A stretch of DNA of 55,108 nucleotides, filler included, from Sphacelaria rigidula (lineage: Eukaryota): the NCBI GenBank assembly GCA_964200075.2. It is 6 parts of 6 records of this genome, joined end to end, with 100 filler letters (N's around TTAATTAATTAA, not from the genome) between each part and the next. Parts side by side here need not be neighbours in the genome. Positions count along the whole stretch, not along the records: positions 1 to 9,102 come from CAXNAA020009293.1; positions 9,203 to 18,304 come from CAXNAA020009294.1; 4 more parts are not named here. The stretch is one strand, 5' to 3'. The position numbers and the translations under genes are program-made. Below the pieces are notes generated by a model. The model did no database searches. It had not been told where the DNA came from and was given only the letters and a program-made list of their open reading frames with translations. Below, piece after piece: positions 1 to 11,109 of this stretch. Position 1 is the stretch's first letter, and every line of letters begins with the position of its first letter.

Positions 1-39
1 AATCAAAAAAAAAATTAAAACCCCCCCCCCCCCCCCCCT

Positions 40-203
40 TCCCTCGTCAACCATCAAGTCGATCTTTGTGTACCCACGGCATGGTCGCTCTCCACTGTTG
101 AGCGTTGTGTGGGAAAAAATCCCAGATCGCTCCGCGGTTCGAACCCACGACCCAACCGTCAGAAGGTTTTGAGGTTTCCAACTGAGCCACGGGGGCGACC
201 GGC
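40..203 (-). mobile_element. tRNA-derived SINE (Pol III head plus body)
   Basis: The minus strand reads GCCGGTCGCCCCCGTGGCTCAGTTGG (A-box) ... GGGTTCGAACC (B-box) and continues into non-tRNA sequence. A second copy of the head is at 27439. Confidence 0.7.
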
Positions 204-293
204 TTTTCAGATATGGGATTCTCCCTGCCGCGTTTTTCTAGGTTTGAAAAGAGGGGGGGGGGGGATGCTTGTTCTTACATGCAGCGAGAATAC

Positions 294-478
294 CTGCACG
301 TCGTCGTTGCTGGAAAGAAACGTTCTCGCGCACGCTCGGTCATCTGGGCAACGGCGCTCTCGGACAGGTCAACGCTCAGCACGTCTCGGAAGCCGTCGCC
401 ACACATCTTTTCCGACAGCTCAGAGTTGCCGCACCCTATCACGAGTATCTTTTCATGCCGCATGTCCGAAGGGAACGC
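294..478 (-). CDS. Exon of class I SAM-dependent methyltransferase (EEF1AKMT4/METTL13-N-like), motif I and post-I
   Basis: Acceptor ttcccatag|GCG. Translation AFPSDMRHEKILVIGCGNSELSEKMCGDGFRDVLSVDLSESAVAQM carries the GCGNS motif I and an acidic post-I. The donor is at 293 or about 277 (uncertain). The gene continues off the contig. Confidence 0.85.
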
Positions 479-926
479 CTATGGGAAGAAGCAAATAAAC
501 GTTCGGATTCAGGTTAGCGTTTTAATTGCGAACATGAAGGTGAAACACGAGGCCGAATGTATTTCTCGAAAGCTGGTGTCGGTCAATGTTACACGGCTTC
601 AAGGACAGGCGTCGGTTCGCCGGAGTAAATATATTGCTGCTATGAGGTCATATTCCAACGTCAAATCGGTCGCCACCGCGTGCTATCGTGGTGTCACACG
701 CGAACACGTCGCACGAACCAATAGCCCCCACTAGTTCGACTACACTCGATCAACCTTGGATACGGAAATATGTGACACAAATCCCGAGACATCGAAGATC
801 ATTCCGGATTATGACACCTCACCGAGTCCTTCCCAGGTCAGTCATAACTCGATCCTTCAACCACGAACCACATACCCGCAGGGGTAGTGACAAGTCCAGG
901 GTCTTGAGGAACCTCTACTTTTTCAC

Positions 927-1298
927 CTCACGCAGGGCCCTCTCGGGGTACGCAGTGTACCAGTCGTACGTCGTCCCATCGAGGCTATCCCTGGCATGCC
1001 GCTTCTCCCAGTACGACGGTTCCTGATAGCCGTGCGCGCCCGGCGCTCTGGCCTCCACAGTCTTCCGAGCCAACACGAGATCCCTTTGCGCGGCAGCCAC
1101 GGCGGCTTCTTGATTCACCGCCTCCGTGCGGGCCTGCGCGAGTTTTTCCATAGCTAGGACTTTCTCGCGTTCCAGCTTAGCTCTCGTGGTTTCGCCTCTC
1201 TCGTGCCCCTGCTTGGCCTGTGTCAATGTTGCAACCGCGCCAGTGGTGGGGGGGTGGCGGGAGGGCCTTCGTACTTTCTCGTTCGTCTGGAGCACCAT
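927..1298 (-). CDS. Exon of the same methyltransferase gene: helical/coiled-coil segment plus the N-terminal YW...YDWY motif
   Basis: Acceptor ctaaccgcag|ATG, donor GAG|gtgaaa, 372 bp, phase 0/0. YQEPSYWEKRH...TYDWY is typical of this methyltransferase family, and the exon joins in frame to 294-478. Confidence 0.85.
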
Positions 1299-2624
1299 CT
1301 GCGGTTAGAACGTACAGTATATGTGGGTATACATGTAAAAAGGTGGAGAGACCTCGACAGACACTTGCAGAGATGCTTCCCTTCTTTGTGCTATCCACAT
1401 CACCCCCCCCCCTTCCCTCCCGGGGGCCTCTTCGTACGTTCTTGGACGAGAAGAGAGGTAACTATTATTCGCCGGTTAGCGGTGAGGATGCGTGTGCATC
1501 TTGCTCCACATGTCTCTTGCGTGTATTGAGTTGCCAAACCAACAATCACAGCAGACGATTTGTCCGTGAGTTTATGACCTCTGCTTGGTACTGACTCGCC
1601 AGTTTTCTTATCCCTCACCAAGTTCACGACCTACGACTACTACTAACTTGCCCGTTTAACTTCAAGGAACTTTTATATTTGTCGTGTTGACAGGGACCAA
1701 GATCGGAACCCGGGAACTTTTGTTCAGTAAGCATACAGGTCCATCTCATGGTGTCACAAATTCAAAGAGGTGATGAGACCTCGACAACCACTTGTGGATT
1801 TTTTTCCCTTCCATATGATAGCATCCATACACATATCGATCATAAACGCCGGTCGAGTAAGTGGAGGTGGGTAATGCATTGGCACGGTTTCATGGAAACC
1901 CGTCATTGTCGGTAAGCAAGTGGTACACAGAGTGATTGAAGTCCTTGCAGAACGATCTGAAATGCAGGCTTTGATGTGACCCCTGCGCATGCAACAGTGG
2001 TGAACGTGGGAAAATATATAGATTGCAACATGAAAGGTTGAACCATACGTAACAACTCCCGCCGCCTCTAGAGGAGAGCATTATGCCAAGCATAGGAAGG
2101 CAATCTCTGGTATCAAGGATAGACGGATTTGGTGAACCTCCTGCATGATCGTCTGTCGCATTTCTTGTCAACTGACCTCAATCAGTGATGTAAAGCTACG
2201 TAAGCCGAGACACGAACGTCGCTCCGCTACTTCAGGCGAAGCGACAGTGCCGGTCGGGAGCTAGAGTTCGTCGGTCTTACGGTTACATTTACAACTTCGG
2301 CGCACGCAGGAGGTCACCCTCTGATGTCGGCATATAGCACAATATTCGGAAATACAGTCATGTACAACCACGTAAAGCAGCTGAACCGAATGTACTGTAT
2401 ACGGCATGGAACTGTACGGCACTACTGAACAGTACAATACAGTACGCTACCCTACATCTCGACTCTTGTCTCGGCTAGGATGCGTCATGTACTCCACAGA
2501 TCCATACCTCCAATAACCCCAGTATAGTCGACTCTGGGGTTACGAGCCCGACATATTCGATGCTGCAGCGTCGGACAAGATACATGTCTGCTCTGGCTTC
2601 ATGACACGGCAGTCATTGTCTCAC

Positions 2625-2755
2625 CAAGTGGACCTGATGTCCCAGGAACATCTTTTGCTCGTTGGGCAGGAGGTGGCAGGTAGTCTTCGTCTTGGCCGCA
2701 GCAACGAGTTTGGGGCACGTCTTCTTGTGTTTTTTCGCGTCATTCTTGGCACAGG
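2625..2755 (-). CDS. Exon encoding the C-terminal half of a MYND zinc finger
   Basis: Acceptor ctgtgcag|CC, donor TTG|gtgaga. Translation (A)CAKNDAKKHKKTCPKLVAAAKTKTTCHLLPNEQKMFLGHQVHL. Its phase 1 start matches the exon ending at 7242. Confidence 0.75.
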
Positions 2756-5700
2756 CTGCACAGGATACACGAAGTCAGAAACGTCGGACCCCGGAACAAC
2801 CCCACCCGCAGAAAAAATCATGATCCAAAGTAGAGATCCATATGCACATAAAAAACTTACAGTGGCTTACACCGTGTGTGTCACGGTGAGGAAAGAATGG
2901 CGGCGCACAGTTTCATGGGCGCACCGAACCTCGAAATTCCGTCTTGTGAAGCGCTTTCTCACCGCAAACACACCATGCGATGTGTTGGGAGATGCCAACG
3001 GGAATGACACATCACACCAAAATCGAAACCACGGCTTGCTGCCGGACTGTGTGTGATGGGGGCAGAAGTTTTATTGTAATGACCGAAGCAGTGAGCGCAA
3101 CGTTACACCCGAGTTATGCGAGGACGAAACGGCACGACCAATAGTGATGCTTGTAGATCCTACGTCTTCTTATACCTATGCACTCGTACAGTACGGCCTA
3201 ATGATATTTGCGTAGCTCCAGATGGCAGCTGAATTATACTATTGTTTTCTTCTCAAGGATAGCCCGACCCATCCAGGTATGAGAAGGATGGCTCCTACAA
3301 TAACTGGTGAACGGCGTTAAGAACGCCTACGTAGCAAAGGGGGTACGTAGGCGCCGACAACACGGAAGGCGTTCCTATGCAGTTTGTCACAGTCGAGGCA
3401 CGACCCGAGGAGATTGGCCATGACAGGTGGAGACCTCCAGGAGCGACGGTACCCCCGGCAATGCACAAAACCATGCATACGCAAAGATTACTCAAGTCAT
3501 CGCTGGTGGGCCCGCTGTCGTGCATGCCCCTGCATCGACTGGGTGCCCACGCGAAGCAGTTGTTGACTTGGTTACGGCATCCACCACCTGGCAGTACCGC
3601 GGCAAAATCTATAGCTACTCACACTAGCAAAAATGAAAAAAAATCTGGAAAAAATACCTGGGGCGCCCGTGTCAACCACTGGCGTCTGTCTATACCTACG
3701 CTGAAGTTTTTTTTCAGTGTCGAAGATTGAGTCCTTGCCGTCGGCACCCAAAAATTCGGAATACTTTGTGCGTGTTTTTGTCAGGACCGATAGTAACTTT
3801 CAGCCTGGCGTCCGTAAAAGTCTACATCTGTCCGTTTTTCTCACTCCTTTTTCATGTTCTCCTCTTTTCTTGAGTTTCTCCCAGCAAACGCTTCCGTTTA
3901 TTTTTAGTTTATGTTGGGTCCGTCGAGCTTGTGAGCACGCTTAAAGTTGTGTCGGGTCAGTTCATATTGGACAATCAATTAGCTAGCCACAGAGAGTGTC
4001 TTATCCAAATTATTTGGTCCGCGAGAAAAGCCGCGCCATCCATCGTGTGCATTTCTCCTCGTTTTGCGCGGTTCGGGTCTGCGGCCGCTTCCCATGGTCC
4101 GAAAAAAAACGGTGCAAAATTTTCGGGCGATGATTTTATCCCGACAACTTTTGTCGGCGAAGACAGTTTCCACATCTGCTTGTTATGACTCTGAAAGTGT
4201 CGGCGTTTTTTTCATCCAAAGATGAGAGAGGGCACCCGCCCGTATGATACGTGTCATCATCACCTGGGGACGGAGCAGCCGCTGCTGGACGGTTCATCAT
4301 CTACAGTCATGTACTGTTCATTATCTACAGCTTTATAATATCTCTACTGTCCCAACCCGTGCTTACTTTCATGGACTGCACAATGCTTTATCATTATTGT
4401 TGTTGTTTTGCGCGTGTTGTGCAGTATGCTGCTACAGCTGTGCTCCATGTATGTACTGTCTGTACAGCTAGTCGCACCGTGCTTAATGGGAGGCGTTTTT
4501 GACAAGAACGCTTTCTCGACGAACTTGATTTCTCCGAAAACAGGCTACTTTTCTCGACGAATTGGACGGGAAAATAACCTCTTTGGAACAAAACTCCCCA
4601 TCTCGGACAATTTTCCCCCCAGGAAAGGTCTCAGAAGAAACGCTTTCAGATTAAAGATCTGGAACCTCCTCCCGGAAATTCTCCAGAGGGGTTCGTTGTT
4701 CAGGACCATAAGAAGTGGCCTGAGTAATTCTTGAAGCACAGAACCAGAATGCGCGGGGGATGTCATCCACCAAGAGAAAATAGCATCCTCCACCTCATGG
4801 TTGTCCACACAGTGATCACGAGATACACCGCACCTGAAGCGCCCGATAGCCCGGGCCATGGTTCTTAGTCACGTCATGGAAAATTTGCTTAGTGTTGTGC
4901 CACTTGGTCACACACTGAAGCGGCATTGTTTCACAGTAGGCACATACGTCCGTTGATACCGCCTGTTGCTAGGAAAACCGTATCAAACGGTCACACTTCA
5001 AGCTTCTGCTCGGCAAATATCACGCGAATGCCACAGGGAAAAAAGTATATTGTACCGCGGTGGACTGTGGCTACCTCTGAAGCTGTCAGGAGTCGAGCCT
5101 GAGCACATGACAACCGTTGGACTCTTAATGCAAACATTGACCACATATTGTCCGGGGTGTGAAAAATATCAACTTTTCGTTCTCGAATGTTCCGGTAGCA
5201 ACGGAAGAATCTAATGAACGAAAATGACGTGGACGTATTAGAACTAGCTTTCGTTTTTTCGCCGCTTTTTCTCCCTTTTCCCATTTTTTTAAAGGAGAGG
5301 CACATACCCGCAAAGATTATCGGAAGAAAAAAATAGAACGATGAATAGAAATTGACGTACAAATATAAAATCAAATTTCGATTCTAATGTGGCGAACCGG
5401 GTCCACGGAGGACGTCACATCTTGGAACGAACAATCGGAATCTCAGCCGACCGACCCGAATCGATACAAAACCCGGGGGGATTGACTGAATGGTTAATGA
5501 TCGCACACTAAGCTACCCAATGTCGTCTAGCCGTGTTCATCCAAGTAGACATAATATAGAACAAATATGTGCCCAGACCTCACGTCTACTGGTAGCTATT
5601 TTTTCCCATGTTCCTCTTTGGTCTTTTTCACGTCGCGTCTATCGACTTCAGGCGAGTACTGCGACCTTCCAAGGGTTCAGCAAATTCGGTAGTAGTTTGG

Positions 5701-6391
5701 TCGCGATAATCGAAGGTTTCTGAGGAGGGGGGGGGGGTTCTGAGGGGAGGGGGATGCCAGTTGCCACGTCAATGGAGAAGTATCCGAAGTTTACCATGCG
5801 CGTTTCCACATCATTCGTAGGAAGACGAAAAACGTTAGATCTCGCTGGAAGTCCAGGACGAGCGGTTGTTTGACCGATCAAAAGCCGTTATATGGGGAGC
5901 CATGCTCCGTCACAAATTACCCAAAATTGCCCACTGGCGGCAAAGACATGTTCGATATTTTGGGGGGGGAGGGATATTGTTGAAAATATACGAGATGCTT
6001 TTTGAGCAGTCCTCAACACAAGTACCGGCTCTAATGTTTTCGACACAAATGCACCGAAGACACCGTGTCAATGGCAAGCAAACGCTCGACGCCGTACTAC
6101 AATCGCGAGCAGTAGGGGAGCAGCCTAGCGCTACTGCCAACCGATGTTTGTCGGTGTGCGAAAACCACTCCGAACGTGTCCAAGAAAGCGGTCGCGACTG
6201 AGGCTGCTGCAGCCGTGGACAGGAGATGCTGCACCTCTATCCTTCGCGTCCGCGATCACGCTTGTTGTCCTTTCAAAAATGCATAATTCTGAATCACAAC
6301 GCCTACCTATAATAGACAATACCAGGCAATCTGAGGTGCAGCGGGGCGGTCAAAGGGTGAAGATAGTCCGCCAATCCATCAATCCGCACAA

Positions 6392-6834
6392 AACACGGGA
6401 TCATACAAATTGGGGATGGATCATATATTGGGGATGAGAAACCCGGAGGATTAAAATCTTCGTATCCGCACCAAATATCCGAAATATGGTTCCATTTCTT
6501 CACCGACTGATAGCGTTTAACAACTGCTACACCCCATATAAATTTGGATTTCGATCACCGATATCTTGGGGTCCTAGGTGAAAAACCAATTTTGTGGAAT
6601 TCTGGGTGTCCGAGCGGACGCCAAAATGGTTCCGTAATTGTTTTTTGCACCTACGACCCCAACAGTTCGGTGATCGAAATCCAAATGTATGGCGTGTAGC
6701 AGTTATCAATAGCCATCAGTAGGTGAAGAAATGGAATTATATTTCGAATAGTTGGTGCGGACACGAAGATTTTAATCCTCCGGGTTTCTCATCCCCAATA
6801 AATGATCCATCCCCAGTTTGTAAGATCCCGTGTT
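6392..6834. mobile_element. MITE / foldback element with ~200-bp imperfect inverted arms
   Basis: Ends AACACGGGATC...GATCCCGTGTT and the arms are complementary along most of their length. A related copy is at 30079-30501. Confidence 0.8.
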
Positions 6835-7241
6835 ACAAGCGCTTGGGGGGACAACGAGCTTCATGACCGGTACACGGCGCACGGTGGAGTAGGAGTATCC
6901 GCTTGAACCTCTTTCGGTTCTTGTATTGTCAATTGATGCACGAAACAGATGCACCCCAGAAGAGAAAACTGAGCAACGTTAGATGATGAAAGCGATCAGT
7001 ACAGTACGGTATACAGTGAGCTGGACAATGTGGGGGGGAGGGGGGGGGGGGGAAGTAATGCTTCAAGCATCGCAGATAGTAAATACGTTCCATATTTTGT
7101 GTACTGGCGTACCCGCATCTATCTGCGTGTTGCTCCAACATCCGACCCCAGAATCACCCAAAATATTTTCACAAGATAAGCTGGTACAATAAATAAATCC
7201 GAGAAAACTTCACATGCCATCCACCGACCCACCTCACCCAC

Positions 7242-7443
7242 CTTTGGTGCAGTAAAGCCACATTTTGCAGATCTTGCACTGGGCGCCAAGATCGCGCTTT
7301 GAGCAGGCCACGCAAAGTTGGGACGGCAATTGTGCCTTGGTACTGGGGATCATGTCAGCTGTGTTCGAGACGCGTCTCCGGTGTTGCTGCAGGGACGGCA
7401 ACCCACCACCATCATGCGGCGCGGCAGCAGCACCTCTATCCAT
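7242..7443 (-). CDS. Probable first exon; N-terminal half of the MYND zinc finger
   Basis: ATG at 7443. Translation ends CVACSKRDLGAQCKICKMWLYCTK, with donor G|gtgggt at phase 1. Joined to exon 2625-2755 it gives C-x2-C-x8-C-x2-C-x5-C-x3-C-x7-H-x3-C. Confidence 0.75.
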
Positions 7444-7875
7444 CACCGTTCCACTCGTCGGGGACGTGGATTGTCCCCCGCGCCCTATAGATACGGTCTT
7501 CCTTCGATGAATTTCACGAACCCAGCGCAGAGCGGCCGGTCTCGACCGTCTTTTCAAGTTTGTGCTCTCAGAACATCAGCAATGTTCTTGAATTTTTGTA
7601 AACCAGCGTTGATAAAGAAAGAGTAATATATATCGTAAGCATTGACCATGGATACTGAAACACACGTATGCTATAGTGATGTCCTTCAAATGAACGCGAA
7701 AGGGTACAGTAGGACACCCCCGGCGTGATTGCAACCTGTCTTTCCCTTTGCAGGTTGGATCGATCTTGCAGGCTTGGCTGTTGTACATGATAGTTTCGGA
7801 ATAGTTTGTCCATAATCATATTTCTCTGACCCGCATTCGCATCCCACCCTACGTAGACGGCAACAACCAAGCGGA

Positions 7876-8505
7876 ATGGGCCGCCTGGTGCACTCCGCGG
7901 CCGTGCATAAAGCTCACGCAATAGCTTGTAGTCGCGACAATGGCATTCTTCAACTCATCCTCCAGCTTAGGCATAGTACAACAGAACAAACAGCGAGAAC
8001 ATCGGCAGGAGGCCCGATCATGCCCCGAGAACGTCGACGGACTCTTTCGAGCCGAGCATCTGTACCCCATCCTGACACTGCAAGTAGTGCAGTTCAGTTG
8101 CCTACCGTGTTCAACACAGTCAGCGGTGCATTGGATACCCTACCCGACCCATGCGCCGCCGGCCCACTGAAGTGGTACTCGTGCGGACCGACGGTCTATG
8201 ACAGCGCACATCTGGGACACGCGCGCACCTACGTGAGCTTGGATGTAATACGACGGTTGTTGGTTGATTACTTTCACCTGGATGTTACATACGCCCTAGG
8301 GATCACAGACGTGGACGATAAGATCATCGCAAGGGGTGCTGCCAAGGGGCTGAAGAGGTGGGATGAGATAGCGGTGATGGCTAGGCAGTTCGAGGGCGCG
8401 TTCATGAAGGATATGGACGACTTGGGGGTCAGAAGGCCAGACGCGGTGACCCGTGTTACGGAGCACATTCCAGATATAATCGCGTACATCGAGCGGATTC
8501 TCGAG
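7876..8505 (+). CDS. CARS: Cysteinyl-tRNA synthetase, first exon (partial gene)
   Basis: [20 protein letters not shown] (HIGH motif), ITDVDDKII and [11 protein letters not shown]. Donor GAG|gtaaca. The start codon is uncertain. Confidence 0.92.
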
Positions 8506-9102
8506 GTAACAGAGTGTATGTCGTATTTTGCTGCACCGACAGCTCAGTCGGGTGCGCCGAAGATACCGTACCTCGTTTGGTCGCACAAAGTATGTGTGTG
8601 ATTTGCGTGCATACGCGGGTTGCACGCTCGCATACGGAGGTGATCGCGGTATTTGGGTATCTCAGTTGGTTCCTTGGGTTCACGCCAGGTGTACTCAAGC
8701 AGGCTGCCTGTTGAACTTCAAGAAGAAAACTGTACAGTGCTGTGCGACGGAGCATCGTGTTGGATACTGTATTTGGAAGGAACAGTACATGCGAGCATCA
8801 TGCCTATTATTATCGACACTGTTTTTCGGAAATCTCAAAAAATTTCGGACTTTTCGGAATCTGCGCTCAGACATCTCCGGAAAAAACGGCTCGGTTTTTC
8901 TCCCAAGCTTCATTTTTGGAGAATTCCGAAATAGCTCGAAATGCAACTCAGCACTTGGGAGTAGGCTTTTGCTTCTGCATAATTCGTACTTCCGCTGTCC
9001 CATAAGTAAAATCCGTTATGGGCTTTTGATCGTTTGTGCATCCAAACTCTTCCGATCATCCCATAGTTGGGGTCGCAGGAAAGATGAAGCGCCAACGAAG
9101 CT

Positions 9103-9202
9103 NNNNNNNNNNNNNNNNNNNNNNNNNNNNNNNNNNNNNNNNNNNNTTAATTAATTAANNNNNNNNNNNNNNNNNNNNNNNNNNNNNNNNNNNNNNNNNN
9201 NN
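9103..9202. other. Artificial contig linker (N44-TTAATTAATTAA-N44)
   Basis: Identical 100-bp linkers with stops in all six frames also occur at 18305-18404, 27507-27606, 36709-36808 and 45910-46009. Confidence 0.97.
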
Positions 9203-10100
9203 CGAAAGGGGTAGACTGGCGCCCAGAATAAATGGGACGACAACACACACACACACAAACACATTGTTGGATCTCTCAAGGCGCGAAGCGCTGATAGCGT
9301 GTTGTTCGCGCACGAGGGTGAAAGCTTTGCGCTGATGTGCACGCGCGAGGTCATGGTAGGATATCTGATCCTGATCCAAGCCTTGGTGACCATCAAAGGT
9401 GTGTCTCTCAAACCCGGAGATGGGCAAACGGGGGTAGCGGCCGAGATGTAAGTCGTTCGGAGACAGACCGGTGGCGGCGTTGACCGAGTTTTTATCTGAC
9501 AGCATGGCATGTGAAAGGTGGAGATCCCCATCGTTTTGACGATCGTTGACTATCATAGATAGGATCTGGGCCATGGTGTTGTTAATTCTTTTAGTGCCAC
9601 CGTTACCATTGGGGTGGTAGGCGCTCGTGGCTATCTTGCGAAAGCCCAGGGGCTTATACACTTCATCCGAGATATCAGAGCAAAATTGCTGTCCATTGTC
9701 AGAGAGGAGCCGTTTCGGACAACCATAGTGCTTGATATAGTCGTGAACTAGGATGTTAGCTGTGCCTTCCGCTGTGAAGTCTCCAGCGGTTACTTCGTAC
9801 ACGGACGCATGATGGCTGGAGCGGTCGGTAAAGAGTAAGATGTAGCAGTTCCCACGGTCAGTGGTCGGTAAAGGACCGAAATAATCAAGTGACACGAGGT
9901 GACCAGGAGCGTTGAGAAGTGCCGTTGAAATGACTAGCCAACGTATTGCCTGCCGTGAGGTTTTGCGAGATGACACTTGAAGCATCGCCGAATCAAGAAG
10001 CGGGTGGGCACTTCCATACCGATCCACCAGGAGAAACGTTCGAGTAGGGCTAATGTGCGCGTGACACCAAGGTGACAAGCCAGGTCAGTGTGGCAGCCTT
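9203..10100 (-). pseudogene. Gypsy integrase fragment
   Basis: ORF 9155-10078 contains the rve core D..D and YHPNGNG. The HHCC region is frameshifted upstream. Confidence 0.88.
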
Positions 10101-11109
10101 TCACTACCCACGGTCTTATAAAAAATGGGACATAAATTCGGGTGGGTTTATCATTGAGTAGGCGTGCATGACGTCCAGTGGTCGCGGGTGAAGTTACACC
10201 CAGCTAGGGCATAGGGCGGCGGACAAGCAGTAGGATACCGTCATCAGTGGTGAAGATAGTATCTGTACGTGCGAGTTGGTACACCTCAGAGGCGATTAGT
10301 GGTGGCAGTGTACCAGCCGGGGCCAGAATATTGGCCGGGGTAGGGGCAGGGCAGCCAGCCTGGAAGTACCGTATGGTAGCACAGCATAATGGTTCTGCTT
10401 GTTGTCCACGGGCCCAATTACGATAGGAGTGACTAGCGAGGAATTCGCGCAGTTGGCCTTCCGTCGGAGAACCGACCAGGCATGGTGGCGCAGGAAGTGG
10501 TGGGACAAGCGACGGGGCGGGGACGCCAAGATAAATATTTACATCGGAGTCAGGGTCGGAGGCGTCCATTCTACCATCAGAAGGGGTGGGCACTGACGGT
10601 GCCGCGGAGGGCGGCGTTGTCGAAGTAGTGCGTGCCGGAGAGCATGCTCGGCGGTCGTTGTAGGCATTGCGCGTGGCGGGTATTGACGAGGCTTGCGGTG
10701 CGCTGTTGCGGGGAGTCGGTGCTACGCTGCTCGTGGGAGCAGTAGGTTCTGTCGGTGGCGGCGGAGCACGGGGAGGGTTGGCGCGGGCGGCAGACCGAGA
10801 GTGCGTATTGTCGGAAATAAGATAGACAACCGGGGGGTGGTGGAACTGAAGTATTCACGCAAGGGCCGATAGTGCGGAAATCGACGAAATCAGCGTTTGT
10901 AGGCTTTAGCACACCCAAGACTGCATCATACGGTAGGGGGCGAGGGCCGCCCATGTGCATACCCGGCTCTGGGCCATGAAGGTCAGGGGTGTTGATGGGC
11001 GTTGAAAAATGCCGGATAGGGTAGACGCCTGGTTCATCGGGTTCACTTAATCGGCAAGCTATGCTGAACTCTACGACCGTTGGAGGAAGGGGCAGGCGGG
11101 GGAGAAGGT

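Noticed and set aside
130..203. tRNA gene
   Set aside because: It has A and B boxes, but I could not build a convincing anticodon arm or acceptor stem. It continues into a SINE-like body and is repeated at 27439.
1590..1630. Minus-strand peptide VNLVRDKKTG resembling an RRM loop
   Set aside because: There is no RNP1 motif after it and the acceptor is weak. It is probably chance, though it could be a missed exon of the methyltransferase gene.
9147..9158. TTAATTAATTAA as a regulatory or recombination site
   Set aside because: It is embedded in Ns and repeated identically five times, so it is an assembly linker.
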